This document shows, in pieces, positions 41,053 through 53,280 of a stretch of DNA of 64,000 bases. Made by a program: the position numbers and the translations under genes. Source of the stretch: Sminthopsis crassicaudata (taxonomy: Eukaryota); contig NC_133621.1 of assembly GCF_048593235.1 (NCBI RefSeq), positions 152,979,341-153,043,340 of the forward strand, written 5' to 3'. The notes under the pieces were generated by a model that worked only from the letters and a program-made list of their open reading frames with translations, was not told where the DNA came from and did no database searches. Numbering within the stretch: the first letter of the stretch is position 1; each line of letters opens with the position of its first letter.

Positions 41053-41629
41053 GTAAGCTCAGTTGCGATTATTGGACTAAGCTTTGTAGCTAGTTTCTTT
41101 TTGTTTTATTGCAAACTAATGAATCTCTTTAAGTCCTGTAATATTCACATTTAATTTTAATTTCTTCAGTGGTGCTTGATCAGAATTGGAACTGATTACA
41201 TGAAGGCAAAATCTTCATGAGACAGAAAAGCTGAATTAAAGACAAATGATCTTTATAAAACTGAGTTTGCTTTGGCTCAGCAAAATGTAGAGATCACAAA
41301 AATGAAAAATTTTAAAAAACAAGTGCTATTGATTTAGCACTTAAAAGCTTATAAATCTCTTTAGATAAATCATCTCAGAGCCACCCTTTCCATGGTCTTG
41401 TGATGCAAATTTTATAGGTGTATTAAGCCCATGTATATAAGGACACTGAAACTCAGATGTATGAAAATCATAGTTAACAATGCAAAGAGTTTGAGCTCCA
41501 AGTTCAATATTCAATCCATTATACTATACTGAATCTTTTGTTTGAAGTATATATATTCCCAGCTTAGATCCACTATACAATAGTATTTGCTCATTACTAG
41601 GCATATGACACTTTGTAGGATATTTTTTT

Positions 41630-44590
41630 GGTTCTTGTTTAGTTATTTTAGTCTTGTCTAACTCTTTATGAATTCATTTGGGTTTTTCTTGGCAAAAATA
41701 GTGGTTTCCTTTTCTAGTTTATTTTACAGAAGATGAAATTGAGGCAAACAGGGTCAAGTGACTTGCTCATGGTGACACATGTCCTTTTCTTTATTACACT
41801 ACTTTTTCTTTTTTTAAAATTTAAAATATTTAAAAATTAAATGAAGCTTTTTGTTTTCAAAACATAATTTGACATTAACCCTTGCATAGCCTTGTGTTTC
41901 AGATTTTCTCCTTCCCCCCATCGCCTCCCCTAGATGGCAAGCAATTCAACATATTTTAAACATCTTAAAATATATATTAAATCCAATAGGTATGAACAAA
42001 TTTATGCAATTCTCTTGATGCACGAGAGAAATCAGATTTTTAAAAAAGAAAGTAAACGAGTAAGAAAATAAAATGCAAACGAACAACAACAAAAAGAGTA
42101 AGAATGTTATGTTGTGATCTACATTCAGTTCCTATAGTTCTCTCTCTAGCTGTAGATGGTTCTCTTCATCACGAGATCATTGGAACTGTCATCAATCATC
42201 TCATTGTTGAAAAGAGTCGCATTCATCAGAATTGATCATCATATAATATTGATATTGTCATGTACAATGATCTTCTGGTTCTGCTCATTTCACTTAGCAT
42301 CAGTTCATATAAGCCTCTCCAGGCCTTTCTAAAATCATCCTCCTGATCATTTCTTATAGAACAATAATATCCCATAACATTCAAATACCATAACTTATTC
42401 AGTCATTCTCTAACTGATGGCCACCCACTCAGTTTCCAGTTTCTTGCCACTACAAAAAGGGCTGCCACAAACATTTTTGTGCATGTGGGTTCCTTTCCTT
42501 CTTTAAGAACTCTACTGGATCAAAGGGTATACACAGCTTGATAACTTTTTGAGCATAATTCCAAATTGCTCTCCAGAATGGCTGTATCCATTCACAATTT
42601 CACTAACAATGAATTAGTGTCCCAGTTTTCACACATCCCTTTCAACATTTATCATTACTTTACTTGTCATTTTAGCCAATCCGAGAACTGTGTAGTGGTA
42701 CTTCCAAGTTGTCTTAATTTGCATTTCTCTGATCAATATTGATTTAGAGTATCTTCTTATATGATTAGATATAGTTTTAATTTCTTCATCTGAAAATTGT
42801 CTGTTCATATCCTTTGACCTTTTATCAATTGGAGAATGGTTAGATTCTTATAAATTTGAATCAATTTTCTATATATTTTAGAAATAAGGCTTTTAATAGA
42901 ACCCTTAGATGTAAAAATAATTTCCCAATTTACTGCTTCCCTTCTGATCTTATCTGCATTAGTTTTGTTTGTACAAAAAATTTTAACTTAATATAATCAA
43001 AATTGTCTATCTGGTATTCAATTATGAATTCCAGTTCTTCTTTGGACACAGATTCCTTCCTTCTCCACAGATCTGAGAGGTAAACTATCCTATGTTCCTC
43101 TAATTTGCTTTTAATATTACTCTTTACATCTAAATCAAGAATCCATTTAGATCTCATCTTGGAATGTGGTGCTAGGTGTGGATCGAGTCCTAATTTCTTC
43201 CATAACAGTTTCCAATTTTCCCAGAAGTTTTTGTCATATAGTGAATTCTTATTCCAATAGCTGGGGTCTTTGGGTTTGTCAAATACTACATTGCTGTAGT
43301 CATTGCCTATTTTGTCCTATTCCACTGACTGACTACTCTGTTTCTAAACCAGTATCAAATGGTTTTGATGACTGCTGTTTTATAATATAGTTTTAGATAT
43401 AGACCAGCTTCATTAGCATTTTTTTTCATTAATTCCTTTGAAATTTTTGATCTTTGTTCTTCCAGGTGAACTTTGTTACTATTTTTTCTAGATCTGTAAA
43501 ATAGCTTTTTGGAAGTTTGATCGGTATGGCATGAAATTAGATTAATTTGGGTAGTATTGTCATTTTTATTATATTCACTCGGCCTAACCTTGAGCATTTG
43601 ATAGTTTTCCAACTGATTAGGTCTGACTTTAATTATGTAGAAAGTGTTTTATAGTTGGGTTTGTATAATTCCTGACTTTCCCTTGGCAGATAGATTCCCA
43701 AATATTTTATACTATCAACAGTTATTTTGAATGGAATATCTTTTTGTATCCTTGCTGCTGGACTTTGTTGGTAATATATAAATATGCTGGATATATTTTG
43801 TATCCTGCAATTTTGCTAAGGTTGTGAATTGTTTCTAGTGGTTTTTTAATTGATTTCTTAGAGTTCTAAGAATATCATGATATCATCTGCAAAGAGTTGA
43901 AATTTGATGTCCTCATGATACACTCTAATTCTTTTAATCTTATTCCCAAAGCTAACATTTCTGATACAATATTGAATAGTAGTGGTGATAGTGGACAGCC
44001 TTGTTTCACTCCTGATCTTATTGGGAATGGTTCTAGTTTGTTCCTATTACATATGATGCTTGCTCATGGCTTTAAATAGATGTTACTGATCATTTTAAGG
44101 AAAAGTCCATTTATTCCTATACTCTAAAGTGTTTTTAATAGGAATGGGTGTTGGATTTTATCAAATGCATTTTCTGCATCTATTGAGATACTAATATGAT
44201 TTTTGTTAGTTTGGTTATTGATATAGTTGACTATGCTGATAGTTTTCCAAATATTGAGCCAGCCCTGCATTCCTGATATAAATCCTACTTGGTCATAGTG
44301 TATTATCCTGGGGATGACTTTCTGTAATCTTGTTGCTAGTATTTTATTTAAGATTTTCACATAAGTATTCATTAGGGAAATTGGTCTATAATTTTTTTTT
44401 TCTGTTTTCATCCTATCTGGTTTAGTTATCAGCATCATATCTATGTCATAAAAGGAGTATGGTAGGACTCTTTTCCCTATTTTTTCAAATAGTTTATATA
44501 TATGTTGCACAACAATATATATGACCAGATTTTAATTCAGTAATAGGAGTCCTCCAGACTTCAGGACACCACAGTGTCACCTAGCTGCTC
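41630..44590 (-). mobile_element. Antisense MAR1 SINE split by L1 (halves at about 41630-41782 and 44515-44590)
   Basis: Left half: ggtttttcttggcaaa...gaggcaaacagggtcaagtgacttgctcatggtgacaca. Right half: gaccagattttaattcag...gagtcctccagacttcagg...gtgtcacctagctgc. Confidence 0.75.
41803..44500 (-). mobile_element. 5'-truncated L1, about 2.7 kb (RT domain to 3'UTR), with frameshifts and stops
   Basis: YRPISLMN...DQVGFI...[20 protein letters not shown] (44124-44510), [40 protein letters not shown]; marsupial L1 3'UTR and poly-T. Confidence 0.97.
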
Positions 44591-44949
44591 CTCTGTTTGA
44601 GAGGGACACTAGAATATGACTGAAAATGACTGAACAAAAATATTTCAGAATAAAGGTAAGAGGTTAAGAGCTACTTTTGGTTTATGTCACTAGAAATTAT
44701 CATATAAATCAAGATTTCTATTTCTATTTCGGTAGTGATACCACTGCTTTGAAACTTCTGATGTTTCAGAAATATGAGACATTCATCAACACTACAGCCA
44801 AAAAAATCTATACCATGGTAAATTTATATTGACCATGCCAAAATTTTCTCCAATACATAGAGTTTATGAAATGTACATGATAGTCATTTGGAGAAAAGCA
44901 AAAATTCATGCAAAGAGTTGGCTTTGGGAAGAATAAAAGATATTGAGAA

Positions 44950-45085
44950 CCAGTATGTAGTGTAGTATATGAGGTATTTAATTTGGAGTCAGGAAGACCT
45001 AGGTTTGAATCTATTTTATATACCCATGGCAAGTCATTTAGATTCTAGGTCTCAATTTCTTTATCTGTAAGCTTCTGATAGCTTC
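44950..45085 (+). mobile_element. MIR fragment
   Basis: ttggagtcaggaagacctaggtttgaatc...ggcaagtcatttag...ctcaatttctttatctgtaa. Confidence 0.75.
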
Positions 45086-45210
45086 TAAAGTAACATTTAA
45101 AATTCCTATTATCTAAAGTCATTTGAAAATGTGTAGCTTGAAAGAGGAGGTATGCAATTTGAGGATGACAAGCAATTCAATCTAAGTAGAATTGAAAGCA
45201 AACAAACAAG

Positions 45211-45360
45211 GGGCAACTATGTGGTATAATAGATAGAGTACTGGCCCTGAAATCAGAAGGACCTCAGTTCAAATCTAGCCTTAGAGAATTGACACAATAG
45301 CTGTGTAGCCCTGAGAAAATTACTTAACTGTGATTGCCTTACCAAAGGAAAAAGAAAATA
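45211..45360 (+). mobile_element. Short marsupial CORE-SINE (WSINE1/SINE-1-like)
   Basis: ggggcaactatgtggtataatagatagagtactggccctgaaatcagaaggacctcagttcaaatc...tgattgccttaccaaaggaaaaag. Confidence 0.8.
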
Positions 45361-45769
45361 GACAAATGAGAGGAAGGGAAGGGGGTAGAGAGAGAGACAG
45401 ACAGATAGACATTTGTTCTTTTTAAACTATATTTTTCAGAGTGCAACATGGAGAAAAATCAATCAACTACAAATTCAATTGGAAACATCATTATTAAAAA
45501 TTTATTATGCTATATGGGGCCAAGTATTGTTCTGGGTACTAATATATATGTATGAGAAACATAAATAACAATAAGAGCATAAAAGGAAACCTGTGAAAAA
45601 TGTCAAATAAGGAAAAAAAAAGAAAAATGTCAAATGGGTAGTATAGGAAAATTTTTTTTTACAGTTATTTAGAAAAGGATGGCATTACTATTGGCAAAAT
45701 GACTGAAAAAACAAGATTTTCATGGAATGGTATAGTTTTTTGACATAAAACATGCTGGAGAATAATGCA

Positions 45770-45965
45770 TTATAAATCAGAAAACTTCAGTGAAAGCTGT
45801 GTGACCTTAGGCAAGTCACTTAATCCCTATAATCCTCAGTTCTCTTGGCAATAAATTTAGGGATAATAATATTGTATCAGCTTATATTACAAGATTATTT
45901 TGAGGTTCAACTGGAAAAATTCATTTGAAAGAACTTAGAAAACTGAAAGTGCAACATAAAAAGAA
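45770..45965 (+). mobile_element. MIR-family SINE
   Basis: agctgtgtgaccttaggcaagtcacttaatccc...gattattttgaggttcaactg. Confidence 0.75.
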
Positions 45966-47189
45966 AATATTAATAGGATTTAGATAAGCACAGTAAAAAT
46001 CATAGAGGCATATCAGTTTGAACAAAAGAATGGCTTATTGGGAAGAACCTGTGAAATAAATGCCATATGAGGTATTATTAGAGATAGACAAAATTATGCA
46101 TTGATGTTTGATCCAGATGGGCTTGAATCACAAGATACGGAATTTAATTTTTATCAATAGATAAAGCATGATGTGTTTAATAAAAATTTACTGATTGGCT
46201 GACTATTCTAGCTATTCAAACTTTATGACATGGGAATGGTATATAGAACTATGTCTAGGATGCAACAGTGTAGTAAGAATTTCCAATCATTTTGAATCAC
46301 TCAACTTATCAGCATCTTTGATGCATTGCAATATATGAATCAATTGATAAACATTTATTTAGTGCTTATTATATGCCAGGAACTACATAATATGTTTATA
46401 TATTCATATATATGTGCATATATATATATGTGAGCATGTTTATATAAAATGTAATAATGTACTAACATATTGTACACATTATTAAATATGCATAAAATAA
46501 AAATTATGGAGGAAATATAAAGAAATGAATATCTAAAATTAATATTATTTATTAACAAGACATCTCTGGTCATTAGAATTATCATTATTATTAATTGTAA
46601 TAATCATAGTGCAATCAATGTGATTGAGTATGTTTCATTATTTTTTTTAACATATCCCAGAGGATATGGCATACTTGTATGCAATGTAAGTAATCATTGT
46701 TTTAGTAATTAATTATTCAGTTAGTTTGATGATTGTAGTCAAGCAAATGAATTTCAAAACTGAAAAATTATTTCCTTCCATTAAAAAAATACAAAATTCA
46801 GGTAGATAGGGCATTTACTCATCTATTGCTGCCTCAGGATACAAAGCAAACCAAAAAGAATCTGTCACTGTAGCCAGGTTGTCTGGGGTACAAGATATAT
46901 CTACATTTGGAGGTATTGGCTACAAAGATGACTTCAGCTACCTGTGATCTACTTATAACCATTTGGTTATTACCTCCCCCAAAATCCCCATCTCCTCATC
47001 CTAATGCAGAAAGAGATAGGTTAGAAACTTGCACAATAATTTAGGACTGGTTAGAGTATGGGGAAGTGGGGGAAGAACTATAAGATAATAAGGCTGATGA
47101 TGGGAGGGTTTGTGCTATGCCTTCAAATTTGTCATGACAGGGAGAGATGGGATTCATCTTCTTATTTGTCAGTCTCATGCTCAGAGGCT

Positions 47190-47420
47190 CACTAGTTACT
47201 TCCCTGGGATGGGAGGCACCATATCACTCTGGAGACCACTGGTCTAGAGGCAGGGAGATTTAAAGCAATGTAGTAAATGTGATGAGGATCTGAAGTATAG
47301 TAATAGTACTATAAATGGAAAAGTAGGATGTAAATTTAAAAATAAATGTCACAAAGAAAGCTTCCACTGTGACTGGACTTGAGTGAGAAGGAGAATTCAG
47401 AAATAATGTAAGGTGTGAGT
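47190..47420 (-). mobile_element. L2 fragment
   Basis: aatgtagtaaatgtgatgaggatctgaa...ttgagtgagaaggagaattcagaaataatgtaaggtgtgagtc. Confidence 0.5.
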
Positions 47421-48508
47421 CTTAAAGAAAGTTCAATAATCCTAAAATTCAAAGTACAAATAACATTTAATACTACAAATTTTTTAAATGAGAGCCACTC
47501 AAGACTCACAGGTTTCAAATCTTCTTACTAATGAAAGTAACTAAAAAGGCAATATAAAGAGTAATAAAAAAAGATTTAAGAGTTATAGTGAGCAAGAGAT
47601 CATGTTATTTCTAAACATAGGGTGAGTTCTTTATAAGAATTCTCTTTATTTACTTATTCAGCCAAGCTGAAATCAGAGATACTACCTTTTCCAGAACAAA
47701 AATTCTGTTTACAAATTTATAAGATGATAAATGGGAGTCATTTTATTTCCAAATAATTTTGTTTTTTATAGAAATGAAAAGATTTACAATATTTATTTTT
47801 TCTGAATGCACACTAAAATATGTGAATATATATATATATATTATATACAACTTGATGACAATTATAATTTAACACTTGAAAAATAAAAGATTGGAGAAAA
47901 GACTAAAAGTCAAAGAGGTATTTTCTTTGTGGTCACAGTCAGTTTAAAAATAAATTTAAAAAAGCAAAGGAAAAACTCCATAATCTTTGCTTGAAATTAG
48001 AAATTCTTGAAAAAATAAGTTTCTTTTGGCCATGAAATTCTATCAGTAAAAGTAGGCTGCAGGTAAAACCTGAATGTCTCAGAGACATGGAGAAATACAT
48101 GGCAGAAGGTGAAATCCTGCAGCTCAAAACAAAAACTCTGGGATTTGGATAGTGAAGATATCTGGATGGTGAAAATGATTTTTATACTGCTGAGGGAAGG
48201 CTGAGAAACTCTGTCTTAATTTTTTTCCAGAAAGAAGACTCTGGAATAAAAGTTTGTATGACTGATTTTCTTTTTTTGTGGAAGACTTGTTCTGAAATAC
48301 TAAGGCAGAAGAAGGACATTCTCTTTGCTATCTCCCTGCACTTAAACTCCCTAAAGGAAGAGGCCTGGTTGGAGTAAAATGAAGTTGAGATGAACAAAAG
48401 GATAACTAAGTCAGACATTTTCTGTGATTTCACTATTCATTATGATATTGTGAATTCCTGATTTTTTTTTTTTACATAAAACTATTACATTTTATAACTG
48501 TTCTATTT

Positions 48509-48600
48509 ATGAGGGTTGGGGTCCCTTTGACCAAGATTTGTGAATCAAGGTCAGTCACGGGTTGGACAATTAGGAATCTTAAAGGGACCCCAACCCTCAT
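48509..48600. repeat. 92-bp inverted repeat with perfect 20-bp arms
   Basis: atgagggttggggtcccttt (48509-48528) is the exact reverse complement of aaagggaccccaaccctcat (48581-48600). Confidence 0.95.
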
Positions 48601-49087
48601 CACTATGACTGATGTTATCAATAATATTTGGAGGGACTAAAATGGAGGAGGCCAGTGACTAACTGGGATTTAGTATAAAAAGTAGATAAAAGGGATCTCA
48701 CCTCTAAGCTTAAATAGTTAGGATCTTTAAAAAAGCCTAACTTGGGTGTTCTGAACATATCAGAAATTGTTGTGATTTGCACAGTCATTTTTGATAAGTT
48801 TTTCTGAAGCAGAATTAATTTTGTATCAAGGCTAGTAGCTAGGGTAGCACAATGAGAGAGATACATAGAAGTGAAACAAGTTATCTCCCCTTACTGTTGT
48901 TGTTGTTTTTTTTTTTTTTAACTTCTATCATGCTCAATAGAGAGAGGCAATGACTCACAAATATAGTTAATGGGAGGAGGAAAGCCCAGTCCTAAAAGTT
49001 CACAGGTGTGTGGGGAGAGGAGGGAAGAAGAAAGAGCTCATCTCTGACTTTGAGTTTCCTTGTAAACTTCCAATCTTTGCTAGATAG

Positions 49088-49135
49088 TGACACCTGCTGG
49101 TTATATGCGTGTCAAAAGCCAATCTAAACAGGAAG
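49088..49135 (+). CDS. Candidate 48-nt phase 1-1 exon, (V)TPAGYMRVKSQSKQE; a 52-nt form from 49084 is possible
   Basis: Pyrimidine tract tttccttgtaaacttccaatctttgctagatag, donor AAG|gtaaga, retained CpG. No homology recognised. Confidence 0.27.
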
Positions 49136-49357
49136 GTAAGATTAAGTAGGAAAGAAAATCACTGAGTGCTACTTTCCATTTTGCGTAGCCAGTGGATAGT
49201 TTGTTTTCATATGATATTAAGATGATGTCAGAATTGATCATATAGGGTTTCAGATCTATTGTATTCATGTTATCAGGAGTCTTTAACAGGGAATAAAGAA
49301 AAGTGATTCATGATTTCTTCAATTAAAAAAAATACAAAAACATATCAAAAATATAAT

Positions 49358-49520
49358 TCATCCTGAAGTCAGGAGTACCCGAGTTCAAATGTGACCTCAG
49401 ATACTTAACACTTCCAAGTTGTGTAACCCTGGAGAAATCACTTTATCCCAATTGCCTCAGCCAAAAAACAAAACAACAACAACAATAACAAAAAAAAAAA
49501 AACAAAAAAAAACACAAAAA
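49358..49520 (+). mobile_element. WSINE1-like SINE, 5'-truncated, A-rich tail
   Basis: cctgaagtcaggagtacccgagttcaaatgtgacctcagatacttaacacttccaagttgtgtaaccctgg...ccaattgcctcagccaaaaaa. Confidence 0.85.
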
Positions 49521-49669
49521 AACCATACTTTTTATTTCTAAATAGTAATATTTATCTTTAAAATCAGCACTAATCAGTGAATTCTGCAAAAAGCCATTAC
49601 ATTTTTTCTGTTTCTCTGAGGGTAAATCAGAATAATAATTGTATCCTTGAATTAAAGTGTCATATTATT

Positions 49670-49932
49670 GTTAAGGGCACAATAGATACAGTGCTTTCCC
49701 AGAAGTCAGAAAGACCCATCTTAAATTCAAATCCCCTTCTTCAGATATTTACTAGCACCATAATCCTGGATAAGTCACTTAACCCTAATTGCCTTAGTGT
49801 CTCATCTGTAAAAAAAAAAAAAAAAAAATGACCTAGAGAAGGAAATGATAAACCACTCTAGTACCTTTACCAAGAAAACCCCAAATTGGGTCACGAAGAG
49901 TCAGGCATAATGGAAAATAACTTAATAAGAAC
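49670..49932 (+). mobile_element. MAR1 SINE with internal poly-A expansion
   Basis: CORE aagtcacttaaccctaattgcc...ctcatctgt(A)n tgacctagagaaggaaatg...aagaaaaccccaaattgggtcacgaagagtcagg. Confidence 0.85.
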
Positions 49933-50509
49933 TATTGTTAAAAGACCTATCATTTCTTCATCACTTCCCACCCCCTCCCCATCACCAGGTTACTTTCTCT
50001 GTGAATTCTTTATTTTTTTATTTTTTATGAACAATGCTGTCAGCTTGCTTTGAAGGTTATTCTAATTTGAGATTTCATTATCTTCTTACCTTCAACCTCT
50101 GAATGGCCTGTTACTTGATATATTAATAATTTTGAACTAGTCAAATACATTTCTGATTTACAACAATCAAATCAGTCAATTAAATTTAACCATTTCTTTG
50201 AAGATAATTTTTTAAAAACAGGCCAAGTTTACAGACTACCATTTGTGCTATGATTCCCTCAGTGTTAAGTGATGTGCAGTACTTCTTAGGTATGACATAG
50301 TAGAAATTCAAAAGCAATATAAACCCCAAGATTTTTCAAGAAACCCCCAGGCTACTTTACCTTAGGATGGATATAATCACCTTAGAATTGCATAGATTGA
50401 TATATTGAAAATCACAAATCATTTACTTTTCAAGTACTATATCCTTTGAGAAAAATCTGATTCTTCCTGTCAAAAATATTATATCACTCATCAAATAATT
50501 TAATATTTG

Positions 50510-50650
50510 TCCAGACACATCCTTCTTACTGAGATAAAAGCTCCTTGAGGGCAGGAATTGTGTCACTTTTCCATATTCTATCCCCATTTGTGAGCACAGG
50601 GCTTTGCTTGGTAGGAGTGTAGGACATTTTTGTTTAATTGAACAGAATCA
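50510..50650 (+). mobile_element. L2 3' end
   Basis: agctccttgagggcaggaattgtg...gagcacagggctttgc...tttgtttaattgaa. Confidence 0.7.
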
Positions 50651-51660
50651 TTATCAATTCATTATTTGTCTACATGAAACAAGAAATTAGATTAAATTGT
50701 TATCTTCTAGAAACTTAAGAATATTAACATGGGACAATATGTATTCCATGTCAGAAAATATAGGACAGCATCTGAAAGTTTCTATTGCAGAGAATTACTT
50801 AATCATACTGTCTTAGGGTAAAGTGTCCATGTGTGTATGTATTAAATAATAAAATGTTATTCTATGGAAGAAAAGTAACAGTACTAAGCCAGAGAATAAA
50901 ATGGATAGGTATCATATTCCTTGAAGCTTAATCATTAGGGGCATTCACCTCATTTTTATAACCTCATTATCTTTTCACACTTTTTAGTCACCTAAAAAGA
51001 TAAAGATTATCCTTCATTCAACAGAAAGGATAATTAGTTTAGATCTAGTTTGAAATGCCTAAAAATATAACTACTTTTGAAGGCCAGCACATATACTTAT
51101 ATCTCTAATCACCAGTCTGCCATCCAATGTTATTGTTATAAAATAATTTATAGTACAGAAAGCTTTTATGGCAAGGCATTGGACATTTATATCCTGTATT
51201 TAATAGCAAAACAGAATAATAGGCATTGACAGCTATTAGCACATTTTGAAAACTTGACTTTAATTAAGGCAACATGGCCAAATTCACTGTATACTGACAT
51301 AGATGACTACATGTCTAGAAATGTATCAAATATATTAATTGCTCGTGAAGCCAAATGTCATATATATTTTCATATATTTGTATGAGTGTGTTCAAAATAT
51401 CTGAATATATATAACAACTAAAAATTTCTAATCAGTTTGCTTAAAAATAGAAGACAATTTAACTATGCAGTGATTAACTTGTATGCTTAAGTATGTGCTT
51501 TTATAACCAAAACAGAAAAGTGTTCACCAGATATGTATTAATTCAGTGCTACATGGCATCTGATTTTGTTTATTAAAAAAATCAAATAAAATTCATAATA
51601 GTAAACAAGTATTATCAAAATAATGAAAACTTTTTATAATAAGACCAGTTTATTAAACAA

Positions 51661-51661
<1 letters not shown>

Positions 51662-51720
<59 letters not shown>
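51662..51720. repeat. (TG)29 microsatellite
   Basis: Direct reading; runs into the TG terminus of the adjacent LTR. Confidence 0.97.
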
Positions 51721-51724
<4 letters not shown>

Positions 51725-52104
51725 GGCTGGAACTCTGGAAAGTATACTTGAATCAAGGACAACAGGGTGCTTATAGTTAAATACCTATTCAGTGTGATTG
51801 ATGGGATAATGGTTCTATAGTTAAACATATACTTAATGTGACGTAATGATGTAATCACTCTAGTTGGCATATACTTAGTGTGACAGTTGGTACATGCTCA
51901 GTTGCTGTAGTAATGTAATTGTACTGAAGTATTTAAGGGCTGAGAGGACTAGGAATTGAGAGTCTCAGATACAGACACAAAGATTCTAGACTCCGGACTC
52001 CATCTTTCACCAATCTCATGGTGGCTCTCCTGCCTTCATAATTTCTCCATCTAAAGATCAAAGTTCATCCAGAGATCCTCAGGAAAGCTAGCTTGGGCAT
52101 TACA
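51718..52104 (+). mobile_element. Solo ERV LTR, about 387 bp
   Basis: TG...CA termini (tgtagagggc...gggcattaca), tandem U3 units ending (g/a)tgtga, TATA-like tatttaa at 51930; resembles dasyurid LTRs I recall. No clean TSD. Confidence 0.75.
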
Positions 52105-52445
52105 GGGGTGTCTTTTTGAAGATTAAAAGAGGAGATACCAAGCAAAATGTATATTTCAAATAATTTTTTTCAGAATCAAAATTACATTTTTACATAAGAC
52201 ATTTTGGTATGGCAAACCCAAATAGCAGAATAATGCAGACTATAGTTACAAATGAAATAAGACATTAGAGTATACAGATTTTTTCACTGACTTTCAACTA
52301 TGGGATCTAGCAATGTCAAGGGAATAAGAGTATCACATTTCTAAGAACATATTTTCATTTGTGGATCTGTATTAATTCTTCAGTGCAATTAGCAATTTAT
52401 ATGTTCTTTTCCTATTTAATTTGAATTGTTTAAATTCTAATGGAA

Positions 52446-53019
52446 TGTGGGAGAAACTGAGGTAAGATAGAGATTAGAGTTTTTAACATTTTATTAATTG
52501 GAGAGTTTAATTGCCTGGACAGAACTCTCATCTCAAAGTATCCAGTGGTGAATGAGAGAATGTCAAACCCTTTTATATCTTTCAAACAAAGAAAAAAAAA
52601 GTGGGAAAGATTTTTACAGAACCTTTTAATTCTGTCAGGATGGAGAGAGGCAATAAAGTCTTACTAAAAAGCCAGAGTCAGGATGTTTGAATAAACAGAA
52701 GTAAAAATATCAATTGAAGTATCCAGGATGGTATTATCTCTTGAAATATTTTAGAAGGACAGTGTCATAAATTCTTTGAGGGCAGAAGAAGCTAGGAGTC
52801 AGGAAGTCTGATCTGCCCCTCATCTCCCATGGACAATTTTATAACCTTAGAGCAAATGATCCTCAGTCTTAATGAATCAGAGGGGTTTTACAGCTAGGAG
52901 ATTGAGGCAGAACAGTTAAGGAAACTGAGATAGAACAATTCAGGGAAACTCAGAACAATAAGGGAAAACTAGTACAGGGAAACTAAGGTAGAACAGTTCA
53001 AGGAGACTGTGGCATAACA
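52446..53019 (-). mobile_element. Solo ERV LTR, about 574 bp
   Basis: Minus strand reads tgttatgcc...tttctcccaca; AATAAA at 52490-52495; tandem 15-24-bp units in U3. No clean TSD. Confidence 0.8.
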
Positions 53020-53202
53020 CTAGGAGCATTACACAATATGGAAAACACTATTTTCTTCAATATGCCAAATCACTAGAGGAAGTTGATTGTTAATCACATT
53101 TATCTGCCACTTTAGCAAGTATGAACTAGAATTTCTTTAATTAATCTATTCAGCCATTTTTAGTACTGGATTATTGACCATTTCCCTCACTATCTATTAA
53201 GT

Positions 53203-53280
53203 TTATTCATTCATTCATTCAACAAGTATTTATTGATTACCTATTATGTGTAAGCCATCATGGTAATTTCTGAAAAATAT
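53203..53280 (-). mobile_element. L2 3' end
   Basis: attcattcattcattcaacaagtatttattgattacctattatgtgtaagcc. Confidence 0.75.

Noticed and set aside
44124-44510. Reverse-transcriptase ORF as a functional gene
   Set aside because: It is one fragment of a 5'-truncated L1 ORF2 broken by stops and frameshifts.
50091-50153. Minus-strand 18-nt or 63-nt exon candidate with AAG|gtaaga
   Set aside because: The acceptors lack a pyrimidine tract.
51085-51097. U6 snRNA-like cagcacatatact
   Set aside because: Only 13 nt match and the flanks do not continue U6.
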